This document shows, one piece after another, positions 27,856-38,314 of a stretch of DNA of 64,000 bases. Origin of the DNA: a virus (lineage: Duplodnaviria > Caudoviricetes); the IMG/VR virus record IMGVR_UViG_3300032007_000028, one strand, 5' to 3'. Positions within the stretch are counted from its first letter, which is position 1, and the number at the start of each line of letters is the position of its first letter. The notes beneath the pieces were generated by a model. That model did not search any database and was not told the DNA's origin. It saw nothing but the letters and a program-made list of their open reading frames with translations. A program made the translations under genes and the position numbers.

Positions 27856-29457
27856 TTACTTGACTAGACCCGCAACGTAGAGCGAGTGTTCGTCGATTTC
27901 GTCGTCGTAGATTGACGACTTGGCTTGAGCCTGAGCGGCGGGCTTAGACTCTTTTATCGAAACCACCGTGTTCTTGTCCAACTTGAACGGCAATTTCGTA
28001 AGGCTGAGGTTGTAGGATTGCAGACTTTCGCAAACGTCGTCGATGTCGTCTAGCGAATACGATTCCTTGAGTCTGCTCTTGATGTCATGAGAATCGACAC
28101 CAAGCACGACCGCTTTGGATTCGATGTATCTGTCGACGACTTCGTTCGCGAGTCTCTTATAGCCTTCGGCGAGTTTGGACGATTTGTTCAATCTCTCCGT
28201 CAACTTGGAGATTTCGCGCTTTGAACGATTGCGTTCGGCATTAAGCGATTCTTCGAGTTCTTTGGTCTTCGTTTCGTTCTCTTTGAGTGCTTCGGACAAT
28301 TTGCGTTCAAGCGTCTTGACCTTGTTCTCGCCGAGTTTGACAGACTCCTTGAGGGAGTTGTTCTCTGAAGCGAACTTACCTTTGCTCTCGACGACCACTT
28401 TGTTGAGTAAAGCGATACTGTCGTTTCTACTCTTGAGTTCCTCTTGCAACTTGGACGCGTCTTTGGCTTTCTCAGACGACTCTTTGACCAAACGCGTCAA
28501 TCTCACGATTGTCGATTTGTTCTTTTCGTCGTTTGCACGTAACCTACTGACTTCCGCATCGCTGACCGCCAGACGTTCCTGAAGCGACTTTATAGTCGAT
28601 TCCATCGTCTTCTTGGCCTTTAACGCTTCCTGCAAATCCCGAATGATGTCATTCGTCCCGTCATCGACGGCCTCTGCGACTTGTTCGGATTTCGCTTGAG
28701 GTTCCTCTTCCTTCTTTATATCCGCATCTTCTTGCGAAGACGTTGATAACTCTTCTTCCTTTTCTTCTTCGACGGCTTTTTCTTCTTCGACTTCTTTGAT
28801 GCCGAGGTCTTCGAGGGCTTCGGTCATCATCTTCTTCTCGTCAGTCGAGTATTCCGTACCGTCCAACTTCTTTGCGTTTTCGATGTCTTCGCAAAGAGCT
28901 TTCTTCAAATCTGTCATATTATTCTTGTCAAGACCTTCCGTCATCGTGAGTCTCGCGTCTTTGACTGCGGGAAGCAACACGAGGTCGAATGTCGTGAAAC
29001 TATATGTATCGGGGTCGACGATTTCGTCGCCGTTCTCGTCTTCGATTATATCACCTGAGCCACGAGAGGAGATACCGAGTTTGAAGCCGTATTTCGCAAG
29101 CTGATACGCGATTCTGCCCATCGGTGTATCGATGAGGTCGCAATATGCGATGAGATGTCCCTCTTTGTCCTTTTTGGGAGCTTCGGGCATCATGGCCGCG
29201 ATTCTACTGCTGTCGGTCTCTTCTCTGTCGGCCGGATGGTCGAGTTCCATGGGTATGCCACCATTGGCGAACATCTCTTTCGTGATGTCGTCGTTGAAGA
29301 CATTCTCCCAAAGCGACTCGTTGTAACCTCTACCGTTGCGAGTCGGGACCGAAATCGAGGCGCAGGGACCGTAAAGTCTGCCTAAAATGCCTCTCTTTTC
29401 CTTTTCCTCTTGGGTCAAATCCTCGAATGCGAGCATTTCTCTTATTCTGTCTTTCAT
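27856..29457 (-). CDS. Prohead protease (T4 gp21-like) fused to coiled-coil scaffold
   Basis: RNGRGY..ELDHP..TPMG..LGISSRGSG..FDLVLLPA; long coiled coil with many LxE. Confidence 0.9.
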   Translation of the reverse strand: MKDRIREMLAFEDLTQEEKEKRGILGRLYGPCASISVPTRNGRGYNESLWENVFNDDITKEMFANGGIPMELDHPADREETDSSRIAAMMPEAPKKDKEGHLIAYCDLIDTPMGRIAYQLAKYGFKLGISSRGSGDIIEDENGDEIVDPDTYSFTTFDLVLLPAVKDARLTMTEGLDKNNMTDLKKALCEDIENAKKLDGTEYSTDEKKMMTEALEDLGIKEVEEEKAVEEEKEEELSTSSQEDADIKKEEEPQAKSEQVAEAVDDGTNDIIRDLQEALKAKKTMESTIKSLQERLAVSDAEVSRLRANDEKNKSTIVRLTRLVKESSEKAKDASKLQEELKSRNDSIALLNKVVVESKGKFASENNSLKESVKLGENKVKTLERKLSEALKENETKTKELEESLNAERNRSKREISKLTERLNKSSKLAEGYKRLANEVVDRYIESKAVVLGVDSHDIKSRLKESYSLDDIDDVCESLQSYNLSLTKLPFKLDKNTVVSIKESKPAAQAQAKSSIYDDEIDEHSLYVAGLVK

Positions 29458-29517
29458 CCAATTCCCTCGTCAACGTGTAAAACGTTATCAATAATTTTAG
29501 CATTTCGACTAGCGTCT

Positions 29518-29526
29518 AATTTAGCA
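29518..29526 (-). promoter_or_regulatory. Putative late promoter TGCTAAATT
   Basis: Upstream of protease-capsid operon, with a variant at 29494. Confidence 0.65.
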
Positions 29527-30144
29527 TTTTACGTTTTTCAGATAATCCTCTGTGTTGAGAAGCATCTTACGATTGTCTCTGTCAAGACTCCAAGTCGAGT
29601 TGGGGTCATCCGTAGAAACGCTTTCCTCAAACACTCCTGTATCGTGCATCACGTATCTCTTATCCGCGTGTGTCTTTCTGAGCGTACCGACGAACGCTCT
29701 GTCCTCAAAGCCCTCTCCCTTCTCCGGGTCTATGTCTGGATAGTCGTCGAATATCGAACGATGTATGCAGAACAACTTGAGCAACGTCTTTTTGAATTCG
29801 TAGAACATGCCTGGATTCTCATCTATCTGTCTAATATACTCGTCTCCGGGTCCGCCGAACAATCTGCAATCGTCGTCGAGCATAATCAGATACTCATATT
29901 CGCTTTGAAGGAAAACGCGTCTCAATTCTCGTCTCGCGCCCAATATTCCCAATCTGTCGTATCTCATGACGTTCGCTTCGTCTAAACGAAAATCGCCCCA
30001 ATTCTGGGCGATAATCATAATGGGCACATGAGGAAATATGCGCGCGCATGAATTAACCAAGTCGATTAGTTTGCGCTTGCGCGTCTCTCGCACGCGTAAG
30101 TCGTTCGGCAGATACGATATTATTCCGATGACCTTATTGTTCAC
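29521..30144 (-). CDS. GT-A glycosyltransferase-like protein
   Basis: LGILGARREL..YLIMLDDD..GEGFED; paralog of the 19062 C-half. Confidence 0.65.
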   Translation of the reverse strand: MNNKVIGIISYLPNDLRVRETRKRKLIDLVNSCARIFPHVPIMIIAQNWGDFRLDEANVMRYDRLGILGARRELRRVFLQSEYEYLIMLDDDCRLFGGPGDEYIRQIDENPGMFYEFKKTLLKLFCIHRSIFDDYPDIDPEKGEGFEDRAFVGTLRKTHADKRYVMHDTGVFEESVSTDDPNSTWSLDRDNRKMLLNTEDYLKNVKC

Positions 30145-30610
30145 GACGTCTCCCGTTTATGTGCTCGAACGCGAGCAAATCTGCCTTTATGAGACGAATC
30201 ATCTTCAGCGCGGAAGATACATCGTAGTCGATGTAGTATTTATCGAGAACGGACGCGACCTCTTCGGCTCTGACGTGTTTGAAGAACTGCAGTTTGCTTT
30301 CCTCTGGCACCTTTCTGCCGAACAACGCGACCTGCAACAGAAACGCGTGCAGAGTCACGATGACGTCGACCGGGTCTTCCATGTCCTTGACGATGTTCTT
30401 ATAGAGGGGGCTTCTCTTCTCGTTGTTGTTCTTGCGTATATGCTCATAGAACGAAACGACGTCGAGCTGACGATGGTCGTTCACGTACTTAAGCGCGGTC
30501 AACGAAACCGACGGGCGTCCGATGATATCGCGTATCAACGAGTGCGCCTTTTCGTCGCCAGCTTCCTCCAACTCCGTGAGCAAGAGTATCAAATCGTTTG
30601 TTTGCAACAT
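30134..30610 (-). CDS. Hypothetical helical protein in head module
   Basis: 158 aa between portal and protease. Confidence 0.7.
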   Translation of the reverse strand: MLQTNDLILLLTELEEAGDEKAHSLIRDIIGRPSVSLTALKYVNDHRQLDVVSFYEHIRKNNNEKRSPLYKNIVKDMEDPVDVIVTLHAFLLQVALFGRKVPEESKLQFFKHVRAEEVASVLDKYYIDYDVSSALKMIRLIKADLLAFEHINGRRREQ

Positions 30611-30639
30611 AGTCTATGAACCTTTCTGGAATCTCCGTT

Positions 30640-32481
30640 TTATATATTGTCGACCATCGACACGCCCAATTCGCTGGGCGAGGGCAGATAACTGTCTGGT
30701 GAATTGTCGCCTTCGAACTCTGCTATGCCTTCTGGTTCGGGCAACGACTCTTCGTCAGAGAACGATGCAGGGCCGTCAGACATGCTTCTGCTTGGACGTT
30801 CGTTGCGTTCTTCTCTTTCGATGGGCTCTTCGTCGCCATCTTCTGCTTCACCTTCGAGAACGCCCTTCTCCGCTGATTCCTCAAGTTTGTCTATGTGCTC
30901 TTGCAACAGCGACACGACGTTCGTATCGGACAACGTCTGCGAGAGAAGTTCCTTGAGTATCTTGAGTTTGAGCGTTTCGTCGTTCACGACACCCGATATC
31001 TGAGACATCACGTCGTTGACGACTCCCATTCTGTTTCTGAGGTTTTCGCGCTTGTCGAGTTCCTCTTGCGTCAAGGGAGCCTGCATACGAATCGTGAACT
31101 TGCCGATTTTGTTGCTCATTCCCTTGTCGATTAAGAACAAATTGATGACGTCCGTAATCATCTGACAGAAGATGTTTTGGTACTTCTTAACGTTCTTGCC
31201 ATAACGAGACGATATGATTGCGAGGGACGAACCGCCGTTGAAGCCAGCCGCATCGTCTGTGTTACCAAAGTACTGTTTGGGGATGCCTACGGAACCGTAG
31301 TATTTGTTGATGAAGTAATCCAAGTCGGTCAGAGACTTCGGGTCATAGTCACCGCCAATGTTCGCAGACGTTATGACGCCCTGGTCGCCATGAACGGGAA
31401 CATACACGATGTTCTCGACAGGGCTAGGGTTGTTATATTCCTGTATGCCTTTACCTACCGATATCGCTGACTTCTGCTCTATGATTTGCTTGATTCTCTG
31501 CAGATAGTCCTTCACCTGCTCGGCTGGCATGTCGCCAACGTTTACCTGCATCAGCCGCACGAGACTGCTTCTCGTCGCTCTGTTGACGATTAGACTGTCC
31601 TCAATCAAAGACAGTTGACGCCACACCTTGAACAGATTGTACAGCATTGACTGACCTTTTCTGACGACGTATTTTTTACCATTGCTGTTGTTCTGAAAAT
31701 CCTCGTCGCTCTGGAATATGCTCACCTCTTCCGGGCTTCTGAGAGAGTTCTCGTTCGCCAAAGACGCATGCACGAAGTCCTGGGCACCGTAGACCGTCAC
31801 GTCGGACTGCTTCATCTTATAAGATTGATACGCATAGACAGGCGACTCTTGGTTTATCGTGTTCTGAACGGTCGTCGGTGCTTGTATGTAAAGCACGGTC
31901 TTACCGAATTCCGTTAGGTCGAACATCTCCCCGGGATTTGGCACCATTTCCACGTAATGTGCGTAGTGCGAGTTTGGTTCATGAACGATTGCGCTGACCG
32001 ATTCTCTCAGACTTCTGTCTTTTTCGTCGTCCGTATCCTTTTTATCGTTGACCTCGCTCTGTCTGAACATCTTCAAATAGAGGTCTCCGTATTTGATGAG
32101 GGAATACATCCATTCGTATGCATGCTTATCGACGTTTATAGAGTCCAACAAAAAGTTGACCGTCTTAACGAGATTTCCGTCTGAGCTTTCGCACCACACG
32201 ATTTTACCGTCGTCGTTCGTCTCGACTGCGTCAGATGCGTATACCTCAAGAACAGACGAAACCCTGTCGTCCAATGCCATCGAATCTATAAAACTGTACA
32301 CGTACTCACGTGATTGAGACGCCGAGTTGAACGACTCCAACGAAGCCGTATCGAGATTTCCCTCTTCGGCCGCGTCGAGCAGTTTCAGCATCGTTGCACC
32401 ATTCGTCTCAACGCCTATTTCGGGCTCTTCGACGGGTACCGCCTTAGCCTTCTTACCAATGAATTCCTTATCTTCTTTCAT
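30640..32481 (-). CDS. Portal protein (T4 gp20-like)
   Basis: GQSMLYNLFKVWRQLSLIEDSLIVNRATRS..VNVGDMP..DLDYFINKYYGSVGIPK; follows terminase. Confidence 0.9.
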   Translation of the reverse strand: MKEDKEFIGKKAKAVPVEEPEIGVETNGATMLKLLDAAEEGNLDTASLESFNSASQSREYVYSFIDSMALDDRVSSVLEVYASDAVETNDDGKIVWCESSDGNLVKTVNFLLDSINVDKHAYEWMYSLIKYGDLYLKMFRQSEVNDKKDTDDEKDRSLRESVSAIVHEPNSHYAHYVEMVPNPGEMFDLTEFGKTVLYIQAPTTVQNTINQESPVYAYQSYKMKQSDVTVYGAQDFVHASLANENSLRSPEEVSIFQSDEDFQNNSNGKKYVVRKGQSMLYNLFKVWRQLSLIEDSLIVNRATRSSLVRLMQVNVGDMPAEQVKDYLQRIKQIIEQKSAISVGKGIQEYNNPSPVENIVYVPVHGDQGVITSANIGGDYDPKSLTDLDYFINKYYGSVGIPKQYFGNTDDAAGFNGGSSLAIISSRYGKNVKKYQNIFCQMITDVINLFLIDKGMSNKIGKFTIRMQAPLTQEELDKRENLRNRMGVVNDVMSQISGVVNDETLKLKILKELLSQTLSDTNVVSLLQEHIDKLEESAEKGVLEGEAEDGDEEPIEREERNERPSRSMSDGPASFSDEESLPEPEGIAEFEGDNSPDSYLPSPSELGVSMVDNI

Positions 32482-32526
32482 ATGTTTCCCCCAACGTGGA
32501 ATCTGCATAGAATTTCGCATTCTTCG

Positions 32527-34596
32527 TCACAGCAATATACCTTCGTATGCATATCTGTTCTTTTCGTATTCCTTTCTTCTCTTTTCTTCTTCGGCATCGA
32601 CTTTGGCTCCCTTTCTGAGAGGGTTGTTGCCAAATTCCGAGAACGCTCTCATCAATTCGCTTTCGAAGTCGACGGTCATCTGTTTCTTCTGATTCTGAGA
32701 CTGACCTTCGTTTGCTTCCACGAACTGAGACAGAGATTCGCCATAAGTGTGCGTGTACTCTTCGACATATTGAGACGCGTGATATATCGCGCCACACAGA
32801 GCGTCGACTTGGTCCTTAGAGCCTTGCGTACCGCCTTCTGGGTGGTCGATGTGTCCGTCTGCTTGTCTTTCCAAACCCAGTATTTCGTCTGTGAGCAAGT
32901 CACACTTATCGTACAACTGCAGTCTTTTCTCGTTTATCGTAGAACGGAAGTACTGATAGGGAAGACATATTTTCTGTTTCGTGCCATCTACGCTCTCAAG
33001 TCTATCGACTGATATTATCTTCGTTCTGAAGCCGTCTGCCTTAAGTTGCTGTTGAATCTGAGCGGCCTGATAGGTATCCGAACTGACGCCCTTTATCAGG
33101 AATCCCTGCTCTCTGAGCCATCTGATGAATGCTCTGTTCTTCTCGAACGATATTTCGTAACCTTTAGGTGCCTTTATGGAAACGGAGAACGCAGTCTTGA
33201 AGTAAAGTTCGTTTGCGTTTGAGTCGTCGCCTTGTGCCTTGCCATTAATCCACACACCTGAAATACCAGTCTTGTCTCCGCTCTTCGACATATCGAGATG
33301 TATGTACAATGGTTTTGCTTTGTCTTCCGGGTCGACGAGACTCATATCAAAGAACTCTGAATACGTAAGCGCATCACCAGTACCGACCTCAATGACGTCT
33401 CGCATAAACGGATTTTTGTAAGAGTTCGTTTTAATCGCCTTAAGATTCTTACCTGCGATGTATTTGAATGCGCCCACAGTAGAAATACCTGCGATATCTG
33501 TCAACGCCAATTCGACGTTATCGACGAAGTTCTCATAGTAACCTATCGGCACCTGCAACATCTGATAACCTTTGTCTCGATACTCTGACACGACATTGTC
33601 TGTTGAGTTCTTAGGCAACACTTCCGACGCCATGAACTTATTGCCAACAGCCACCCAGAACTTTTCTCTGCTGTCTTTGTCAGTTCTAATTACCCATTGA
33701 GGTTCATCTATCACCAAAGTCGTTTTGGATTCGTTCTTCTTCTTCATGTTGATATACGATTCCATGAACGACTGCTCACTGTCTTTCGAAGACGCAATCA
33801 TATTCAGTGTAGGCAACGATTCGCCCTTCATGAAACGAGACTGCATACGAGCGTCTATCTGAGAAATCAGACGCATCATCTTCTTCTTGATTTTCTCAAC
33901 ATCGGACGTCATGGCGGCGAAGTTGACTTCGTCCGTAAAATTGGCGAGCAAACATTTCCCAATTAGTTTATTGTTATTTGAACCATATACCAACTTAAGC
34001 TTTCCATTCGGCTGCCATTCCAAATCGTCTTTGCCCTTGATTTTGCCGTGTGCCATGAACCAAGGCGATGCTTGCACGAGTTCCTGCAGTTTGCTCCAGC
34101 CTACGCCTTTGGCCGCTTCGAGAGTGACGTTAATCATCGAGAACCAAATTTCGTCCATGGGCTGTAAACCGTAGTGAAGATTAGGGTCCTTCAGACACAT
34201 CGTTCTATAAAGCATATAGAGCATGCATATGACAGCCATGAAAGACTTACCAAGACCAATACCGCCAGTAAGTACGAGTGTGTTGAATCTGCAAGTCGTA
34301 TTCGTCGGAAACATTTTCTTCAGCGTTTCCACCCAATAAGGGAAGACCGTGAATTTTCCCTCTGAGTTGATTAAACCGTTTCCTAAGTATTTTCTGTCAT
34401 AAAGAAAAGTCTCTATGTCGACGGGAATCTCAGCATAGTCATCGTAGACCATTTCCTCATATGTCTTCGATGAGCCTTCGCTGGAAAACTCACTGAGTAT
34501 GGATAAAGCTAGTTTACGCTCTTCTTCGCTCAGATTGTCCAATATCGATGTGTCTATGCCGTTCGTGTTCAAGAAATCTTCTCCAACGTATGTCAT
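32527..34596 (-). CDS. terL: Terminase large subunit
   Basis: Walker A GGIGLGKS, Walker B FTDE, nuclease IHLDMSKSGD and KDQVDA; true start may be TTG at 34572. Confidence 0.9.
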   Translation of the reverse strand: MTYVGEDFLNTNGIDTSILDNLSEEERKLALSILSEFSSEGSSKTYEEMVYDDYAEIPVDIETFLYDRKYLGNGLINSEGKFTVFPYWVETLKKMFPTNTTCRFNTLVLTGGIGLGKSFMAVICMLYMLYRTMCLKDPNLHYGLQPMDEIWFSMINVTLEAAKGVGWSKLQELVQASPWFMAHGKIKGKDDLEWQPNGKLKLVYGSNNNKLIGKCLLANFTDEVNFAAMTSDVEKIKKKMMRLISQIDARMQSRFMKGESLPTLNMIASSKDSEQSFMESYINMKKKNESKTTLVIDEPQWVIRTDKDSREKFWVAVGNKFMASEVLPKNSTDNVVSEYRDKGYQMLQVPIGYYENFVDNVELALTDIAGISTVGAFKYIAGKNLKAIKTNSYKNPFMRDVIEVGTGDALTYSEFFDMSLVDPEDKAKPLYIHLDMSKSGDKTGISGVWINGKAQGDDSNANELYFKTAFSVSIKAPKGYEISFEKNRAFIRWLREQGFLIKGVSSDTYQAAQIQQQLKADGFRTKIISVDRLESVDGTKQKICLPYQYFRSTINEKRLQLYDKCDLLTDEILGLERQADGHIDHPEGGTQGSKDQVDALCGAIYHASQYVEEYTHTYGESLSQFVEANEGQSQNQKKQMTVDFESELMRAFSEFGNNPLRKGAKVDAEEEKRRKEYEKNRYAYEGILL

Positions 34597-34598
34597 GT

Positions 34599-34607
34599 AA
34601 TTTAGCA
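34599..34607 (-). promoter_or_regulatory. Putative late promoter TGCTAAATT
   Basis: Immediately after a terminator, upstream of terL. Confidence 0.65.
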
Positions 34608-34652
34608 AAAAGAAAAGACCGCATAACACGGTCTTCTACGTATATTAGATTT

Positions 34653-34997
34653 TCAGTCGAGTGCGCCTCGTGCGTATTCCAACGAGATGTCGTAATCGCT
34701 CACATCGCCTTTCAGAATCTCTGAAACACTCACAAAAGAGTCCGACGAACTGTTCATGACGTACACATCATTCTTGGAAACCCCTGCATACATAAGCAAG
34801 TACGGGTCATCTGTCACGATGACTGCATCTTCGTCACGAGACAGAATCGAGCCAAATCGAACATCGTTATACTTACGTCCATGTTCGAGAAAGATGAAAT
34901 GTTCCTTATCTCGCATATGCGCTAGAAGTTTGACCATCACAGCACTTGCGTCAGGTCTATTAACAAATTTGATAATCATTGTTTTTCCTCCGACCAT
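34653..34997 (-). CDS. Hypothetical protein
   Basis: ORF in early cluster. Confidence 0.6.
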   Translation of the reverse strand: MVGGKTMIIKFVNRPDASAVMVKLLAHMRDKEHFIFLEHGRKYNDVRFGSILSRDEDAVIVTDDPYLLMYAGVSKNDVYVMNSSSDSFVSVSEILKGDVSDYDISLEYARGALD

Positions 34998-35239
34998 TTC
35001 TTGATTGATTCGTATTCTTCTTTCGTCAAAGAATTTCCAGACATACTGGAATGTTTGTTTGGCTTCGGTCTAATATCGATGATATATTCTGCTTTTCCAT
35101 CCAAACCATTCATCTCAAAGACTTCTATATCAAATTTTTCTTCTATGATTTGCAGTTTTCTGTTCTTTTCGATTTCAAGAGATAATTCTTTCATTGCTTT
35201 TTCATAATCTCTTGAAAGAGCATCAAATGCTTTTCTCAT
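34976..35239 (-). CDS. Hypothetical protein
   Basis: AGGAG SD. Confidence 0.65.
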   Translation of the reverse strand: MRKAFDALSRDYEKAMKELSLEIEKNRKLQIIEEKFDIEVFEMNGLDGKAEYIIDIRPKPNKHSSMSGNSLTKEEYESIKKWSEEKQ

Positions 35240-35251
35240 ATCATTCTCCTT

Positions 35252-35473
35252 TCACTTTCCCTCAAAACATTCCATTGTTGTTATGATGCTTCTTATCATC
35301 TGAAGCTCGTTCCTTTCGCTCTCTATTACGACGGCTTCCCAGAACATGTTACGCAAGTTGTCGACGTTGACGATGCATGTCCTCGCCTCTTTATCTTTAA
35401 GTTCAATCTCTCTCTTTTTGACGAAATACTCAAGATAGTCCTTAAGTTTAATCCACTTTTCTTTGTAAGTCAT
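35252..35473 (-). CDS. Hypothetical protein
   Basis: AAGGAG SD. Confidence 0.65.
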   Translation of the reverse strand: MTYKEKWIKLKDYLEYFVKKREIELKDKEARTCIVNVDNLRNMFWEAVVIESERNELQMIRSIITTMECFEGK

Positions 35474-35529
35474 GTCGTTCTCCTTTCATCGTCTTTCGCT
35501 GAATTAGGGAATCTTAGTTTATCTGCTTT

Positions 35530-35751
35530 CTATGCCCCTTCCCACTCGTCTTGAAGGGCTTCTAGTGCTTCCTCGTCTAGTGTGCTTTCCCAATCTAGGG
35601 TTTCCCAGAAGGTATCGACCCCTTCTTTTTTGATGGTTTCCAAGTAAGCGTCTTTGGTAGCTTCGTCCTTGAACTTGATATAGCCGTCCTTGATGCTACC
35701 TACCAAGATTTCCCTGATTTCCTTTTTGGTCATTCGCTTAACTCCTTGCAT
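35530..35751 (-). CDS. Hypothetical protein
   Basis: TTGCAA..TATAAT upstream; likely start MTKKE. Confidence 0.6.
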   Translation of the reverse strand: MQGVKRMTKKEIREILVGSIKDGYIKFKDEATKDAYLETIKKEGVDTFWETLDWESTLDEEALEALQDEWEGA

Positions 35752-35861
35752 TTTGACTAACTACATTATAGACGTTTGCATGCGATTTGCAATAGAGAAA
35801 ACGAAAACGCGATATTTTTACATCGCGTCAGCGTAAATTCCATGTTTCGTTTTAATGTATC

Positions 35862-36095
35862 TCATAAAACCTCAATGTCTCCGTCCTCGCAAATGATTAT
35901 CTGTTTGTCCGGGAACATCTTCTTGAATTCCTCTCCGCTTTCATAACCGAATTTGTGATAGACGCCGAGCAAGACGTCTGCGATGCTTTTCCCTTGATGG
36001 CAGGTGTATGGGGATGAGACGACGCCGTCCACCATCACTTTGAAGCCGTAGCCGCTATCGTAGATTGAAATGATAACGATGTCTTTCATCTTCAT
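35862..36095 (-). CDS. Hypothetical protein
   Basis: AAGGAG SD. Confidence 0.65.
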   Translation of the reverse strand: MKMKDIVIISIYDSGYGFKVMVDGVVSSPYTCHQGKSIADVLLGVYHKFGYESGEEFKKMFPDKQIIICEDGDIEVL

Positions 36096-36143
36096 TCTCC
36101 TTTCTTCACGTAGCCTTGCAATATAATTATAATTGTTCTCGCC

Positions 36144-36803
36144 CTACTTATTCTTTTTCCAGCCTTCTGCAAGCATCCAATCTTGAAGTTCTTTTGCGAC
36201 TTTCTTATAGTCTAATCCACCACAAACCAAGCCATGGCAATACTCGCTTTCTTTGTAGGTGACCTTATAACCGCCCAATGCCTCAGACCAGCATCTCTCA
36301 TCTGCCAAGAATAACGGAATAAAGACGGTGATTTCTTGTCCCTTATAGGTATAGGTGTAATCATAGCCCGTCGTCCAGTGCTTAATAAGTTCCTTGAATT
36401 TCACCTTATTCTTCAAATCGCCAAAAAAATGCTCTTTAACGCTGTTAACGGTCATTGTGAAGAATAGCTTATGATTTTTATAATCTTCTTCGGTGATTTC
36501 ACCCTCTTTAAGTTCTTTGTCTACCGTGTCTTTATGGTTAACCCAGCGCCAAGCTTTCCAAAACACATCATCGTTAAAGCCACAGAAAATATTGAATGGC
36601 GACATACGCAACTTATTATTGATGATGCTTAAGAAATCGTTAAAGATTAATCCTCGCTCAAACTTAAGTTCTTCTATAGCTTTATCTTTGGTGACAATTC
36701 TATCTTGAGCTTGTTTAATTTCATCTAAAAGTGCTTGCTTTTTGGCTGTCTCTTCGGCCTCAAAGCGTGCATGTAGTACGTCTATTGCGTCATCCATTTT
36801 CAT
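36144..36803 (-). CDS. Hypothetical protein
   Basis: 219 aa, TAATG-coupled. Confidence 0.7.
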   Translation of the reverse strand: MKMDDAIDVLHARFEAEETAKKQALLDEIKQAQDRIVTKDKAIEELKFERGLIFNDFLSIINNKLRMSPFNIFCGFNDDVFWKAWRWVNHKDTVDKELKEGEITEEDYKNHKLFFTMTVNSVKEHFFGDLKNKVKFKELIKHWTTGYDYTYTYKGQEITVFIPLFLADERCWSEALGGYKVTYKESEYCHGLVCGGLDYKKVAKELQDWMLAEGWKKNK

Positions 36804-37243
36804 TAATCTTGCTCCTTAATTAAGGCATTATACCACCGATTATCTACGTCCAGTTCACACCAGAAAAATAGATTTGCTAACGCACCAAACCAGCCACCGC
36901 TCTGTGTTCTGATAAAGTAGCAGTCTCCAATATCTGTATCAAAATTACCCTCATCATCGACGGCCTGCGCTTTGAAAATAACTGTTTGTTCTGGGCTAAA
37001 GACCCAATAGAAATGAAGGATTTCTTTTTGCAAATCATCTAACAATTCTTGGTCTACTTCATCATTATCTAAGTCGATTCTTTCCAAAATCTTCCAGTCG
37101 ATTAATCTCGATAATCTGATTTTGCCGTCATCAAAACCATGATAGATTTTTCCGACCTCTGGTTCTGGCATTGGTTTTTTGGTGCCACCTAAATCAAGGA
37201 CAGTGATATTACGTTCACTTTTTTCACGTTCTTTGAATTTCAT
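36803..37243 (-). CDS. Hypothetical protein (YHxFDDGKIxxSR motif)
   Basis: 146 aa in operon. Confidence 0.7.
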   Translation of the reverse strand: MKFKEREKSERNITVLDLGGTKKPMPEPEVGKIYHGFDDGKIRLSRLIDWKILERIDLDNDEVDQELLDDLQKEILHFYWVFSPEQTVIFKAQAVDDEGNFDTDIGDCYFIRTQSGGWFGALANLFFWCELDVDNRWYNALIKEQD

Positions 37244-37245
37244 TT

Positions 37246-37569
37246 TTATTCATCCTCTTTACAATAATCGCATCCTAGAACGGAAGATGTCAACAACATC
37301 GATGCCATGCTTATCTTCTTCATGGCGTCCTTTGCCGCTTGTCTAGTCTTACGTCGACTCCCCTCCAGTTGTTTTAATGTTTTGCCTGTATTCAACACAA
37401 TGACTGTGCCAACGCTTTCTTCGACTTCGAGAACCTCGATGTTCGATAGCTTATTGAACAGAGCGTCTGGCATTCTCTTCCTTTTGTCATCAAACATCTT
37501 ATTGACTTTATTCTTTTCGAAGATTGTTAGATGTCTGTTTCTTGAGAGATTTAATTCACACAGTTTCAT
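37246..37569 (-). CDS. Hypothetical protein
   Basis: 107 aa, ATGA-coupled. Confidence 0.6.
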   Translation of the reverse strand: MKLCELNLSRNRHLTIFEKNKVNKMFDDKRKRMPDALFNKLSNIEVLEVEESVGTVIVLNTGKTLKQLEGSRRKTRQAAKDAMKKISMASMLLTSSVLGCDYCKEDE

Positions 37570-37880
37570 AACAACTCGAACTCTCCTTTCTCGTTCATCT
37601 TGGCAATATACTTAAAATTATCACCAATCCGAATCGCTCCGTAGATTTCGTGATTTTTCCTTTTAATCGGTTTTTTGGGGCAAAGAAGGTCGTAATTGTA
37701 TGCTTCGCAATAATCAGCATAGCAGTCGAACAATTCCTCAATGGTATCGGTTTCTTTGACAATCTCACCGATTTCATGAATCAACTTGCCGTTCTTCTTG
37801 TTTCTCCCTTCGTAAAGGAAGTTATCGTTTGGGTTTGAGAACGACCAGATTTTACCGTCTTTAGTTCTAATGTATTTCAT
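37566..37880 (-). CDS. Hypothetical protein, tandem paralog (MKYI..GEFELL)
   Basis: Paralog of 37877 ORF. Confidence 0.7.
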   Translation of the reverse strand: MKYIRTKDGKIWSFSNPNDNFLYEGRNKKNGKLIHEIGEIVKETDTIEELFDCYADYCEAYNYDLLCPKKPIKRKNHEIYGAIRIGDNFKYIAKMNEKGEFELL

Positions 37881-38260
37881 AACAATTCCCACTCCCCATT
37901 TTTGAATTCAGCAGAATACAGCAAACAGCCGTCTGTCCAAACAGCACCATAATACTTTGCGTTTGAGAATGAGCCGTTTTTGAATTCGTCGAGATTCTGA
38001 ATGTCTACGATGATTGGTTTTTGACCGTCGATGACAAGTACCTTTTCGTCGAACAAATCTTTGAGATTATCTGATTCTTTCACGATATCGTTGACGTTGC
38101 ATAGATGGTCGAATGAAATCACGCCAGGCTGTGATATGCCATAGACCTTTCCGGAATACGCGACGAACAATTCGGTCGACAGACCGTCTTTGAGAGGGCC
38201 GTCGATTTTGAGATGTCTCACGTCGTAGATGCGATTGTTATTCAGCTTTACGTATTTCAT
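37877..38260 (-). CDS. Hypothetical protein, tandem paralog (MKYV..GEWELL)
   Basis: IVKESDNLKDLFD vs IVKETDTIEELFD. Confidence 0.7.
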   Translation of the reverse strand: MKYVKLNNNRIYDVRHLKIDGPLKDGLSTELFVAYSGKVYGISQPGVISFDHLCNVNDIVKESDNLKDLFDEKVLVIDGQKPIIVDIQNLDEFKNGSFSNAKYYGAVWTDGCLLYSAEFKNGEWELL

Positions 38261-38314
38261 TTCAACTCCCACTCTCCTTCTTTGCTATAATACAATGTCG
38301 AACTAGACATGTGC

